A DNA stretch of 64,000 bases from Gammaproteobacteria bacterium (GCA_016191235.1 JACPOZ010000013.1:1400-65399), one strand, 5' to 3'; positions 10,740 through 20,548 are shown, counted from the stretch's first letter. Translations and numbers: made by a program. The notes: generated from the letters alone by a model not told the origin.

Positions 10740-12575
10740 ATGGTTCGTCGCATGGGCAGTAGCGGAGGCGGAAAAATCCTGAGGGCGATGGTTGCCGTGT
10801 TCGCCGTGGTGTCAGGGATGCTGCTTGCGGGATGCGGCTCCAGTGGCGGTAGTTCAAGTGGCGGGGGTGACACCACCAAGCCTTCCGTCATACTCAGCAA
10901 TCCTGCCAAGGATGCTACTGGCGTACCCGTAGCTACCGTGCTTTCGGCTTCATTTTCCGAGGCAATGAAGCTTTCGACTATCTCCGATGTCACGCTTATC
11001 GTGACTGCGGGGAGCGACCAGGTTGCCGGGAAGGTCGGTTTCAGTACGGCCTCCAACGCTGCGACTTTCACGCCCGATGCCCCCCTAAAGTACGATACAA
11101 CCTATACCGTAACGATCAAAGCGGCATCTGTGACGGATATGTCAAACAATGCGTTGAACGCCAACTCGTCGGCGGGAGATTATGTCTGGAGCTTTACTAC
11201 TACCCGGTCTGGGTCGGTGGATAACAGCTTTGGTGGAGGTACAGGAGGTACAGGAGGTACAGGAGGTACAGGAGGTACAGGAGGTACAGGAGGTACAGGC
11301 AATGCCTCGGCTGTTATTACCCCATTTTTAAACAACGGCTCAAGTGAGGCCAGAGCCATCGCCATCCAGCCGGATGGCATGATCGTCGCCGCCGGTTCGG
11401 CCTGGAATGGTAAAGACTGGGATTTTGCGCTGGCGCGCTATAACCCGGATGGCGTCCTTGATAAGAATTTCGGTAAAGATGGCATCATGGTGCTTGATAT
11501 TGGCAGCGGCAGGGATGACATAGCAAATGCCGTAAAGATTGATTCGGACAGCAGGATTGTGGTGGCGGGATTTGTTTCCAAAGGCCCCAACGACAACGAC
11601 TTCGCCGTTGTTCGCTATAGTTCGGATGGCAGGCTTGATAACGCTTTCGGAACGAACGGTATCGTAATTACCGATTTTAGCGGGCGGAATGATGTGATTT
11701 ATGCGCTTGCGATTCAGCCGAAGGACAAAAAAATTGTCGTGGCGGGTTTTAACAGTTATCAGGGGGCTGCGACTGTTCCCATATTTGTCGATGTATATCA
11801 GGACAAGGCCGTGATATTTGGGGAACGCTTGACTGCTGTGGATTTTGCGCTGGCCCGCTACGACGAATCCGGCAGGTTGGATGAAGATTTTGGTGACGGC
11901 GGCACGGTAACCACGGCTGTTGGCAATAATGCCAGCATTGCCCGCGCCATTGCCCTCCAGGGGGACGACAAAATCGTTGTGGCGGGGTATGCCGATAACG
12001 ATGGCAAGGCCAATTTCGCGTTGGCCCGCTACAATTCGAACGGTAGCCCGGATAACAGTTTCTCGGTTGATGGTAAGGTAATTACGTCTGTCGCACAGGG
12101 GAAGGATAATGGCGCAATGTCTGTGGCCATCCAGTCGGATGGAAAAATTCTCGCGGCGGGTAATGTTGAGAATGATTATGGCGGTACGGATTTCAGCCTT
12201 GCCCGTTATAATGCGGATGGTAGCCTGGATAGCGGTTTCGCGGATGACGGCACAGTAATTACACCCGTTCCTGCGAAAGGCAATGCAGTGGCGTACGCTG
12301 TCACCATCCAGAAAGACGACAAAATCCTCGCGGTGGGGGTGGCCTCGAACGGCAATGACGACGATTTCACTATGGTTCGCTATCGTGCGAATGGCTCGCT
12401 GGACAACAGTTTTGGATTAGGTGGAAGGGTGATCACACCCGTACGTTCCCGAACGGATGTGGCATTTTCTGTGGCGATTCAGTCCGCGCCAGATAATAAG
12501 ATCATTATGGCAGGAAGAAGCTTACGTCCCACCGGTGTGCTCTATGATTTCGCCTTGGTCCGTTATTGGCCATAA
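10740..12575 (+). CDS. secreted lipoprotein: Ig-like (SbsA/Big-type) domain + (GGT)n linker + delta-60-repeat beta-propeller region
   Basis: Lipobox LLAGC at aa 28-32. An N-terminal Ig-like domain follows (…DATGVPVATVLSASFSEAM…TYTVTI…). Then about ten repeats of the DFALARYN.DGSLD..FG.DG type occur roughly every 50-60 aa. Confidence 0.75.
   Translation: MVRRMGSSGGGKILRAMVAVFAVVSGMLLAGCGSSGGSSSGGGDTTKPSVILSNPAKDATGVPVATVLSASFSEAMKLSTISDVTLIVTAGSDQVAGKVGFSTASNAATFTPDAPLKYDTTYTVTIKAASVTDMSNNALNANSSAGDYVWSFTTTRSGSVDNSFGGGTGGTGGTGGTGGTGGTGGTGNASAVITPFLNNGSSEARAIAIQPDGMIVAAGSAWNGKDWDFALARYNPDGVLDKNFGKDGIMVLDIGSGRDDIANAVKIDSDSRIVVAGFVSKGPNDNDFAVVRYSSDGRLDNAFGTNGIVITDFSGRNDVIYALAIQPKDKKIVVAGFNSYQGAATVPIFVDVYQDKAVIFGERLTAVDFALARYDESGRLDEDFGDGGTVTTAVGNNASIARAIALQGDDKIVVAGYADNDGKANFALARYNSNGSPDNSFSVDGKVITSVAQGKDNGAMSVAIQSDGKILAAGNVENDYGGTDFSLARYNADGSLDSGFADDGTVITPVPAKGNAVAYAVTIQKDDKILAVGVASNGNDDDFTMVRYRANGSLDNSFGLGGRVITPVRSRTDVAFSVAIQSAPDNKIIMAGRSLRPTGVLYDFALVRYWP
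11235..11297 (+). repeat. perfect tandem repeat, 7 x 9 bp (GGAGGTACA), encoding (GGT)7
   Basis: Seven identical units read directly at 11235..11297. They lie in frame inside the lipoprotein gene. Confidence 0.95.
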
Positions 12576-12618
12576 AATGCACAAAGGGCACGCAAAGTGG
12601 ATTCAACCCATAATCTCG

Positions 12619-13362
12619 TCATAAAGCCGGATCAATCGTGCTCCAATACCCGTCCAGGTATGCCTCCAGCGGGCGGTACTGGCTTTTATAGCGCATCTTG
12701 GGCGATTCCTTGATCCAGTAGCCCAGGTAGACCCATGGCAGGCCGAGGCGCCGGGCTTCATCGATCTGCCACAACACGGCATACACCCCGAGGCTGCGCG
12801 CAGTGTGGTCTGGGTCGAAGAAGGTGTAGACCGCCGATAGCCCCTGTTCGAGATGGTCGACCACGGCCACGGCCAGCAGATCGCCACCCAGGCGGAATTC
12901 ATAAAAGGCAGTGTCGATCCGGGGGTGCGTGAAAAAAGACAGATAATGCTCCGGGTCGGGGTCGTCCATGCCGCCGCCAGGGTGGCGGGTAGCGAGATAG
13001 CGCCGGTAAAGCGTGAAGTGTTCCTCGTTGCGCGTGGCGGCCACACGGCTTACTTGAAGGTCTTTATTGCGTTGCCAGGTGCGCTTCTGCGCGCGGTTGG
13101 GTTGAAATGCGGCGACGGGAACTCGCACCGGGATGCAGGCGTTGCAACTTTGGCAGTGGGGGCGGTATATGTGTTCGCCGCTACGCCGGAAGCCATGGTC
13201 AATAAGCTGGCTGTAGAGGTGTGTATCAACAGCCACGCGTGGATCGGGAAACAGGGTCGTTGCTGTGCGCCCCGGCAGGTAGCTGCAGGGGTGTGGCGTG
13301 CCGCTGTATAAGGCCAGGGTGCGGGTGGTCGGGCTGGTCATGTCACAGGGACTCGCATTCAA
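12619..13362 (-). CDS. bpt: arginyl/leucyl-tRNA--protein transferase (Bpt/Ate family)
   Basis: HPCSYLPGR…GFRRSGEHIYRPHCQSCNACIPVRV motifs of the ATE family. It overlaps the aat stop by 20 nt. Confidence 0.85.
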   Translation of the reverse strand: MNASPCDMTSPTTRTLALYSGTPHPCSYLPGRTATTLFPDPRVAVDTHLYSQLIDHGFRRSGEHIYRPHCQSCNACIPVRVPVAAFQPNRAQKRTWQRNKDLQVSRVAATRNEEHFTLYRRYLATRHPGGGMDDPDPEHYLSFFTHPRIDTAFYEFRLGGDLLAVAVVDHLEQGLSAVYTFFDPDHTARSLGVYAVLWQIDEARRLGLPWVYLGYWIKESPKMRYKSQYRPLEAYLDGYWSTIDPAL

Positions 13363-14053
13363 TTCGCCACGGCGCGGCGTGGCCGGGGATGTCGCGCCAT
13401 TGTTGCAATAACGTGTTGAAATCGGCGCGGCTGATATCTTCGGCCCCCAGGCTCTGCAAGTGGCCGGAGCCTACCTGGCAATCAATCACGGCATAGCCCC
13501 AGCGCTCCAGTTGGCGCACCAGATGGACAAACGCCACCTTGGAGGCGTCGGTGACGCGGCTGAACATGGATTCGCCGAAAAATACCCTGCCGATGGCGAC
13601 ACCATAGAGTCCGCCTACCAGATCATCCCCGCGCCAGGCCTCCACAGAGTGGGCAATGCCCAGATCATGCAGACGGCAATAGGCATCGAGCATCTCATCG
13701 GTGATCCACGTGCCTCCACCCTCTGTGCGCGGTGCGGCGCAGGCTTGCATCACCTGGCGGAAGGCGGTATCCAGCGTTACCTTGAATTCCCCCTTCTTGA
13801 GCGTCTTGCGCAGGCTGCGCGATACTTTTAAGCGTGATGGGTATAGAACGGCGCGGGGGTCTGGGGACCACCAGAGTATCGGTTGCCCTTCGCTGTACCA
13901 AGGGAAAATACCACTGCGGTAGGCATTGATCAGACGTGCGGTCGAGAGATCGCCACCCGCCGCCAGCAGGCCGTTCGGTTCGCGCAAGGCATATTCAACG
14001 GGGGGGAATGAATACGTGCCGTCGGTCGGGTTTATCCAGAATAACTTACTCAT
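13343..14053 (-). CDS. aat: leucyl/phenylalanyl-tRNA--protein transferase
   Basis: …ALREPNGLLAAGGDLSTARLINAYRSGIFPWYSEGQPILWWSPDPRAVL… is collinear with E. coli Aat. The start was chosen at MSKLFW (14053). The track ORF extends to 14086. Confidence 0.9.
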   Translation of the reverse strand: MSKLFWINPTDGTYSFPPVEYALREPNGLLAAGGDLSTARLINAYRSGIFPWYSEGQPILWWSPDPRAVLYPSRLKVSRSLRKTLKKGEFKVTLDTAFRQVMQACAAPRTEGGGTWITDEMLDAYCRLHDLGIAHSVEAWRGDDLVGGLYGVAIGRVFFGESMFSRVTDASKVAFVHLVRQLERWGYAVIDCQVGSGHLQSLGAEDISRADFNTLLQQWRDIPGHAAPWRIECESL

Positions 14054-14156
14054 GCCAGAATGCCGGTTCGCGGGACGCATTCCCAACTATATGAAATTAA
14101 TATAATTATTTCATTCAACTGGATTTGATTCCGATATCTTGAGACAATTGTAAAAG

Positions 14157-16532
14157 ATGTCATCTCAATCTTCTCAAAAACATTCGCCTTCCCCCCTTGG
14201 CCGTAACTGGTTTGCTCGCGGCTGGAGCAGCCCCGCAGTCAGGTATGCACTGCTCATGCTGCTGCTCGCGGCGGTGGGCTATATCGCCTATCTCGATCAT
14301 ACCGTGCGCAGCCAGTTCGAGGGTAATCGGTGGGCGCTGCCGGCGCAGGTTTATGCACGCCCGCTCGAGCTTGTCCCTGATGCCCGCCTAAGCAGCGCGC
14401 AATTCGCGGAAGAGTTGCAGATGCTGGGTTATCGCCAGACCGGGGGCGAAAGACTCACAGGCAGTTATGCGCGTAATGGGGACGAATTTCGGGTAGTGAC
14501 GCGCCCCTTTACCTTCGGCGACGGCAGGGAAAATTCAGTGGCCTTGCGGGCGGTATTTTCCGGTGATCGCCTGGTGAGTCTGCAACATCTGGGCAGCGGC
14601 AAGCCTCTGCCGCTGGTGCGTTTCGATCCTGTGCTGATTGGCAAAATCTACCCGGCGCACAACGAGGATCGGGTTTTTGTGCGCCTTAAAGAGGTGCCCG
14701 CGCCCCTTATCAAGGGTCTGCTTGCGGTCGAAGACCGTAATTTCCGTGAACATCACGGCATTGACCCCCTCGCTGTGGCGCGCGCCCTGTGGGCCGATGT
14801 GCGGGCGCGGGAGATGGTGCAGGGCGGCAGCACCTTGACCCAGCAGTTGGTGAAGAACTTTTTCCTCAGCAACGAACGCACCATGACGCGCAAGCTCAAG
14901 GAGGCCATCATGTCATGGCAGCTTGAGTGGCATTATGAGAAAGACGAGATCCTTGAAGCATATTGCAATGAAATCTATCTGGGACAGTCCGGCAAGCACG
15001 CCATACACGGTTTTGGGCGCGCTAGCTGGTTCTATTTTCGCCGCCCGCTGAGCGATCTGCAACTGCCCGAGCTGGCCCTGCTGGTGGGGTTGGTGCGCGG
15101 CCCGTCTTATTATGACCCGCGTCGCCATCCCCAGCGTGCTCTTGCACGGCGTAACCAGGTGCTGCAAATAATGGCAGGGCAGGGCGTCATTACCGAAGCG
15201 CAGGCGCGCACCGCTCAGGCCGCGCCGCTGGGTGTGACAGCCAAGGCGGCAAGCAGCGCAGCGCTTTCTCCGGCCTTCATAGATCTGGTGCGTCGCCAGT
15301 TACGGCGCGATTATCAGGAGCAAGACCTGAATTCGGCCGGTTTGCAAATCTTGACCACACTCGACCCGCTGGTGCAAAACGCCGTAGCAGGCGCGATTAA
15401 AGTCCGTGTTGAAAGTTTGGAAAAACAGCAGCGTTTGCCTGCGGGCAGTCTGGAAGGGGCTGCGATTGTCACCAGCAGTGACGGTGGAGAAGTGCTGGCG
15501 GTGGCGGGCGGGCGCGATGCCGACTCCGCTGGTTTTAACCGGGTGCTGGATGCCCGGCGCCCCATCGGATCTCTGGTCAAGCCCGCTGTCTATCTCACTG
15601 CACTGGCCGATCCCAAGAAATACACGCTGATCAGCCTGCTCGACGATGGTCCTCTGACGCTCAAGAATCCAGGTGGGAAGCCCTGGAGGCCGTACAATTA
15701 CGACCGGCAGTTTCATGGCTGGGTGCCTCTCAAAACCGCGCTGGCACGCTCCTACAACCTCGCCACCGTGCGGCTGGGCATGGGCGTTGGCGTAAAGAAT
15801 GTGCTGCATACGATGGAAAGTCTTGGGGTTAAGGAGAAGCTCAAGCCTTACCCTTCGGTGCTGCTTGGGGCTGCCGAACTGACGCCCTTTGAGGTCACCC
15901 AGATGTATCAGACACTGGCCAGTGGTGGCTTCAACACCCCATTGCGCGCTATCCGTGAGGTGTTGAGCGTGGAGGGTAAGCCGTTGCGCAGCTATGATGT
16001 GACCGTCAAGCAGGCCTTTGATCCCGCCCCGGTCTATTTGCTTAATCGCACACTGCAGGATGTCATGCATAGCGGCACCGGCGTGTCCCTGTACTCACGC
16101 GTGCCATGGTCATGGTCAGTGGCGGGAAAAACCGGCACTACCGATGATATGCGTGATAGCTGGTTTGCAGGGTTTACCGGCGACCGCCTGGCAGTGGTGT
16201 GGCTAGGCCGTGATGATAACCGTTCAACGGGGCTGAGCGGCGCGACCGGCGCACTCCAGGCATGGGGTGATGTTATGCTGCGCATTGGCGCGCAACCGTT
16301 GCGCCTGGAGGCGCCCAAAGGCATTGAGTGGGTCTGGATTGATCAACAGACGCGCTTGCGCAGTATGGAGGGATGCGCGGGTGCCGCGCAGATGCCGTTT
16401 ATGCGCGGCTCGGCCCCTATGGAGATGGCGTCTTGCCTTGAGGAACCCGCTATCCCTGCCGATGCTATTGGCGATACACTGAACAATGCGGTAGACAAAG
16501 CTGTTGACTGGCTCGACGAGGTATTGCAATGA
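14157..16532 (+). CDS. mrcB: penicillin-binding protein 1B (bifunctional glycosyltransferase/transpeptidase)
   Basis: 791 aa with an N-terminal TM anchor, a UB2H-like region, GT51 motifs (EDRNFREHHGID, GGSTLTQQLVKN) and a transpeptidase module (…GSLVKP…, KTGTT). Confidence 0.9.
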   Translation: MSSQSSQKHSPSPLGRNWFARGWSSPAVRYALLMLLLAAVGYIAYLDHTVRSQFEGNRWALPAQVYARPLELVPDARLSSAQFAEELQMLGYRQTGGERLTGSYARNGDEFRVVTRPFTFGDGRENSVALRAVFSGDRLVSLQHLGSGKPLPLVRFDPVLIGKIYPAHNEDRVFVRLKEVPAPLIKGLLAVEDRNFREHHGIDPLAVARALWADVRAREMVQGGSTLTQQLVKNFFLSNERTMTRKLKEAIMSWQLEWHYEKDEILEAYCNEIYLGQSGKHAIHGFGRASWFYFRRPLSDLQLPELALLVGLVRGPSYYDPRRHPQRALARRNQVLQIMAGQGVITEAQARTAQAAPLGVTAKAASSAALSPAFIDLVRRQLRRDYQEQDLNSAGLQILTTLDPLVQNAVAGAIKVRVESLEKQQRLPAGSLEGAAIVTSSDGGEVLAVAGGRDADSAGFNRVLDARRPIGSLVKPAVYLTALADPKKYTLISLLDDGPLTLKNPGGKPWRPYNYDRQFHGWVPLKTALARSYNLATVRLGMGVGVKNVLHTMESLGVKEKLKPYPSVLLGAAELTPFEVTQMYQTLASGGFNTPLRAIREVLSVEGKPLRSYDVTVKQAFDPAPVYLLNRTLQDVMHSGTGVSLYSRVPWSWSVAGKTGTTDDMRDSWFAGFTGDRLAVVWLGRDDNRSTGLSGATGALQAWGDVMLRIGAQPLRLEAPKGIEWVWIDQQTRLRSMEGCAGAAQMPFMRGSAPMEMASCLEEPAIPADAIGDTLNNAVDKAVDWLDEVLQ

Positions 16533-17020
16533 GTATGAGCAATCAGATCAAGTTTGCCGTTACTGGGGTAGCCACCGCGTTGTTGCTGGCAGGTTGTGCC
16601 TCGCAGATGAGCAAGGATAAGCCTGCCGCTGCTTCCAAAGAACCGTCTCCCGTTTCCAGGGAGCAGAAAGTCACACCTAAAGAAAACGCTGCCCCACCTC
16701 CTGTCGCATCATCGCCTGCGGCTGCACCTGCGCCGGAAGTCTCTCAAGTAACCAGCCCGGCTGTCGCCGATATGCTCAAGAAGGCGGAGCGGCTAGTAAA
16801 AGCAAAGAAATTGGGCAGCGCCGTCGCCACGTTGGAAAGGGCGCTGCGCCTGGAGCCCAAAAACCCTGTGATCTGGCATCGCCTGGCATCCGTTCGCCAG
16901 CAACAGGGACGCCTGGCGCAGGCGGCGGATCTGGCGGCGAAGTCCAATGCCTTGCTGGGGGAAAACAACCCCCTGCGCGCCCAAAACGATAGCATTATCG
17001 CCAAGGCGAGCAAGAAATAG
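16529..17020 (+). CDS. TPR-containing outer-membrane lipoprotein, LpoP-like candidate PBP1B activator
   Basis: Lipobox LLAGC, a Pro/Ala/Ser-rich disordered linker, and a C-terminal TPR-like helix pair (…AVATLERALRLEPKNPVIWHRLASVRQQQGRLAQAADLA…). Its start overlaps the mrcB stop in ATGA. Confidence 0.5.
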   Translation: MSMSNQIKFAVTGVATALLLAGCASQMSKDKPAAASKEPSPVSREQKVTPKENAAPPPVASSPAAAPAPEVSQVTSPAVADMLKKAERLVKAKKLGSAVATLERALRLEPKNPVIWHRLASVRQQQGRLAQAADLAAKSNALLGENNPLRAQNDSIIAKASKK

Positions 17021-17198
17021 TCTCAAATGCCAGGGCGGCACTGCGTGCGCCCTGATCTGCAGCTTTAACCCTTACTCCTCGTTCGCGGCAGCTTTTGGAT
17101 GCTAGCGCAAAGTAGTAATGTGCTAATATTCCTGGGTGGCATTTACCATCTCAACATGAGAAAATTTAAATCGACAAGCCCATGCGCGTTGCACACTT

Positions 17199-17846
17199 AT
17201 GAAATCAAAAGCTTTCGATAGAAGTGAACACGTATATAAAAACGACGCTTTTGCTGAACTCGTCAAAGACGCTATCAGGTTCTTTAACGGTACTCCCGTA
17301 CACACGCTGCCCCCGCCAGAGTCTTTCCTTGGCACAGGGGTTTACGCCATCTATTACACAGGCAAAAATCCCGCATACAAAAAATATGCAGAGTTGAATC
17401 GACTGTCTTACAGTTACCCAATATATGTCGGCAAGGCTGTACCAAAGGGCTGGCGTCAAGCGCGGGTTTCCGATAGCAATTTCGATCAGTCCAAAGAACT
17501 ATTTAACCGTCTGCGGGAGCACAGTCGAAGCATCAGTATTGCTCAAAGGCTAGAACTTCAAGACTTCAGGTGCCGGTTTGTCATCTTTGAGGACGCCAGC
17601 TCGGACATGATTAGCACCATCGAGGCTGCGTTAATCAAGTTGAATATGCCTCTCTGGAATACGGCTGTGGATGGCTTCGGAAATCACGACCCCGGAAGCG
17701 GGCGATATGAACAAGCAAAATCGGATTGGGATGTGATTCATCCGGGCCGAGCTTGGGCAGAAAAATGCAACGGCGCTCATGCTGAAGAAAGCACCATCCT
17801 TTCCAGAATCAAAAATCACTTCAAAAATATCGAGCGCAAGCCATGA
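17199..17846 (+). CDS. Eco29kI-family type II restriction endonuclease (GIY-YIG fold)
   Basis: 215 aa. GVYAIYYTG … YPIYVGKAVP … NRLREH is a GIY-YIG arrangement. The overall sequence (…FDRSEHVYKND…FNGTPVHTLPPPE…WNTAVDGFGNHDPGSGR…KSDWDVIHPGRAWAEK) matches my memory of R.Eco29kI. Confidence 0.8.
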   Translation: MKSKAFDRSEHVYKNDAFAELVKDAIRFFNGTPVHTLPPPESFLGTGVYAIYYTGKNPAYKKYAELNRLSYSYPIYVGKAVPKGWRQARVSDSNFDQSKELFNRLREHSRSISIAQRLELQDFRCRFVIFEDASSDMISTIEAALIKLNMPLWNTAVDGFGNHDPGSGRYEQAKSDWDVIHPGRAWAEKCNGAHAEESTILSRIKNHFKNIERKP

Positions 17847-19024
17847 AGTCACTAGAGATATTTTCTGGGGCTGGTGGGTTGGCTAAAGGGCTAGAGCTTG
17901 CTGGTTTTCAGCATTCTGCGTTTGTGGAATTTAATAAACATGCTTGCGCATCGCTCTATGAAAACTTTGAAGCGGGAAAAGTTTTCTTTGGCGATATTAA
18001 AGATTTTGACCTTAATGCCTTGGGCGAAGTTGATGTCGTAGCGGGCGGCCCGCCTTGCCAGCCATTTTCATTGGGTGGAAAACATAGGGCGGATCAAGAT
18101 AGCCGCGACATGTTCCCCTATGCAATTCGAGCGATTGAACAACTCACCCCAAAAGCCTTTGTATTCGAGAACGTCAAAGGCTTGCTCAGGGCATCATTTG
18201 CGGATTACTTCGAATACATAATCCTGAGGCTTACCTACCCCGGATTTATTGCGAAGCAAGATGTCGACTGGAAAGAACATTTGTCCGACCTCCGTAACAT
18301 TGGGCAGCTTCCCTATGCCGGAACAAAATACGACGTTTCGTTCAAGTTAATAAACGCAGCAAATTATGGTGTCCCGCAAACGCGGGAACGGGTTGTCATC
18401 GTAGGCACGAGAGCTGATCTGGGCTTGTCCTGGTTATTCCCCGCAGAAACACATTCTGAAGACAGATTGCTTTGGGAAATGTATGTTACCGGCGAATATT
18501 GGAAGCGCCACAACGTTGCAGAATCAGAGCGCGCACCGCTAACCGAGCTTCTGCAAGAGAAGGTTGTTCGCTTGAAAGATAAATACGGCATGTTTGAACC
18601 GGAGTGTGCGCCCTGGCGCACGGTGAGGGACGCGCTGCAAGGCATCCCGGATCCAGAGACCCAGCACGGCATTGACGATCATGTCTTCCACGACGGTGCG
18701 CGCACCTATCCCGGCCATACGGGCAGCGATATAGACTGGCCAGCAAAAACCATCAAGGCGGGAGGCCATGGCGTTCCCGGCGGAGAAAATATGATCCGCT
18801 ATCCGGATGGCAGCGTCCGTTATTTTACGGTGTGTGAGGCAAAACGAATTCAGACATTCCCAGACAGTTTCGTCATAAAAGGCGCCTGGGGCGAAGCCAT
18901 GCGCCAGATAGGGAATGCGGTTCCTGTATTGCTGGGCGAGACAATAGGCCGTGAGTTGGCGAGTAGACTGGGGGCGCGGAGCGATTTTATTAAGGCAAGA
19001 CAGCCGTACCAGGCAAAGCTTTAA
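17843..19024 (+). CDS. DNA (cytosine-5)-methyltransferase
   Basis: Motif I (EIFSGAGGLAKG), motif IV (GGPPCQPFS), motif VI (ENVKGL), motif VIII (QTRERVVIVG) and motif X (GNAVPVLL). Its start overlaps the REase stop (ATGA). Confidence 0.95.
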   Translation: MKSLEIFSGAGGLAKGLELAGFQHSAFVEFNKHACASLYENFEAGKVFFGDIKDFDLNALGEVDVVAGGPPCQPFSLGGKHRADQDSRDMFPYAIRAIEQLTPKAFVFENVKGLLRASFADYFEYIILRLTYPGFIAKQDVDWKEHLSDLRNIGQLPYAGTKYDVSFKLINAANYGVPQTRERVVIVGTRADLGLSWLFPAETHSEDRLLWEMYVTGEYWKRHNVAESERAPLTELLQEKVVRLKDKYGMFEPECAPWRTVRDALQGIPDPETQHGIDDHVFHDGARTYPGHTGSDIDWPAKTIKAGGHGVPGGENMIRYPDGSVRYFTVCEAKRIQTFPDSFVIKGAWGEAMRQIGNAVPVLLGETIGRELASRLGARSDFIKARQPYQAKL

Positions 19025-19075
19025 ACTTCCAAAAAATCAAGGTGAAATCCATCAATTCCACGGGGCGGGGAAACC

Positions 19076-20548
19076 ATGTATCGCAAAGAAACGCTATCTA
19101 TCACGCAGCTTGATCTCGATGTATCCAATCCTAGAACCAATCCAGAGGACAATCAGACTGAGGCCATGCAGAGTCTTTTATCCGTTGAGCACGACGGAGA
19201 AAAAGTTCTGGCACTTGCTTTCGATATTTGCGAGATTGGCATGCTTGACCCAGGCGACCGGCTTTATGTGATAGCCTCGAAGTACGAGTCCAATCGTTAC
19301 ATTGTACTTGACGGCAACCGTCGGTTAACCGCTTTGCGCTTGCTTTCTCAGCCGGGCCTGCTTGATCGGGATGACATCGGACTCAACACAGCGATGCGTC
19401 AGCGCTTCAAACGTCTTCAAACAGAGTTCCCGAATAAATGGCCTTCCGAAGCCGATGTTGTGATCTTTGATGACAGGGAGACTGCGAAACGTTTTATTCG
19501 TTTGCGTCACGCTGGTGAAAACGATGGGGCTGGTCGTAGTGCTTGGTCCGCTCTGCAGGTTGCACGATTTGACCACACGGGTCTTTGGCAGTGTGTCGAG
19601 CAGCTACGGCAAGCGCAAGTGCTTAATTTGGATGTAATCAATGAGCTGGATCGGAGCGCCTTTAAAATCACCAACTTCGAGCGAGTGGTGGGTAAGGTTC
19701 AGTTCCAGCAACGCTTTGGCTTTACTCTTGGACCCAAGAAATTTGAAATTGGCGCAGATAGGCAGCGCGCCTTGCAGGCGCTTTCCAAAGTCGCTAGTGA
19801 TGTGGTGTCTGGGCATGTACATACCCGTGATGAGTTTGCAAAAGCTGAATCCATGTCTAATTATTTCAACGAGGTTGAGGCCGCAATATCGCCAGTGACC
19901 GCACAGCCATCCACGCCGACAGAAGCCTCGCTTGAGCCAGCCAAGCACGACACTGATCAGTCGGCGCCCAAGCCCACGGGTTCATCCAGTGCGGCTCAAG
20001 CAGGTTCGAGGGCTTCGCAGCAGTACACCATGCCAAATGAGGCATCTGAGACGGCTCCAGTAATTGCTCGAAAAAAACGAACTTTGAAGTACCTGATCGA
20101 CAAAAGGGACTTGCAAACGGTAACCAATGCGAAATGTCGAGAGATTGTTATCGAGTTAAAGGAGGGAGTTGAGGTACAACGAGCCCCTTATGCCTGTGCT
20201 TTGCTGCTCCGCTCGCTACAGGAAATGACGGCAGAACTTTATTTGACGGCAATGCAACAAAAAGTTGGCAATAAAACCACGAACATCGATCAGGCGGCAA
20301 ATCACCTGCTTGGAAGCTCCCACCCAACTGATCCAGCCAATAAAACGGTGCTGGCTACGAGTTTTAAGAGTTCGGGGCAGATTTATGAGCAGCTTTGCCA
20401 AACAGCACATAACACAAACAGTGCCATTAGCCAAGATCATGTTCGTACCACGTGGCGCAATCTGAGCGGAGGGATGGATCTTCTCTGGAAGAGAATTTAC
20501 GCAGCTAGTCAACCCATTGTCCTACAACAATCAAATCCATTGAAATGA
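19076..20548 (+). CDS. ParB/Srx-fold N-terminal domain protein with low-complexity linker and unassigned C-terminal domain
   Basis: 490 aa. N-terminal …LDLDVSNPRTNP… and …RYIVLDGNRRLTALRLL… resemble ParB/sulfiredoxin-type (DGxxR) nuclease/NTPase domains. Residues around 265-335 are S/T/P/A/Q-rich. I cannot assign the last 150 aa or so. Confidence 0.6.
   Translation: MYRKETLSITQLDLDVSNPRTNPEDNQTEAMQSLLSVEHDGEKVLALAFDICEIGMLDPGDRLYVIASKYESNRYIVLDGNRRLTALRLLSQPGLLDRDDIGLNTAMRQRFKRLQTEFPNKWPSEADVVIFDDRETAKRFIRLRHAGENDGAGRSAWSALQVARFDHTGLWQCVEQLRQAQVLNLDVINELDRSAFKITNFERVVGKVQFQQRFGFTLGPKKFEIGADRQRALQALSKVASDVVSGHVHTRDEFAKAESMSNYFNEVEAAISPVTAQPSTPTEASLEPAKHDTDQSAPKPTGSSSAAQAGSRASQQYTMPNEASETAPVIARKKRTLKYLIDKRDLQTVTNAKCREIVIELKEGVEVQRAPYACALLLRSLQEMTAELYLTAMQQKVGNKTTNIDQAANHLLGSSHPTDPANKTVLATSFKSSGQIYEQLCQTAHNTNSAISQDHVRTTWRNLSGGMDLLWKRIYAASQPIVLQQSNPLK

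Noticed and set aside
11235-11297. Possible CRISPR-like or regulatory repeat array
   Set aside because: The units are contiguous 9-mers with no spacers, in frame inside a coding sequence. This is a coding tandem repeat, not a CRISPR array.
17021-17198. Island attachment-site repeats or an integrase remnant at the island borders
   Set aside because: Comparing 17.02..17.2 kb with 22.23..22.36 kb by eye, I found no direct repeat of useful length and no integrase or transposase fragment. Only a weak hairpin (17031..17054) follows the lpoP-like gene.
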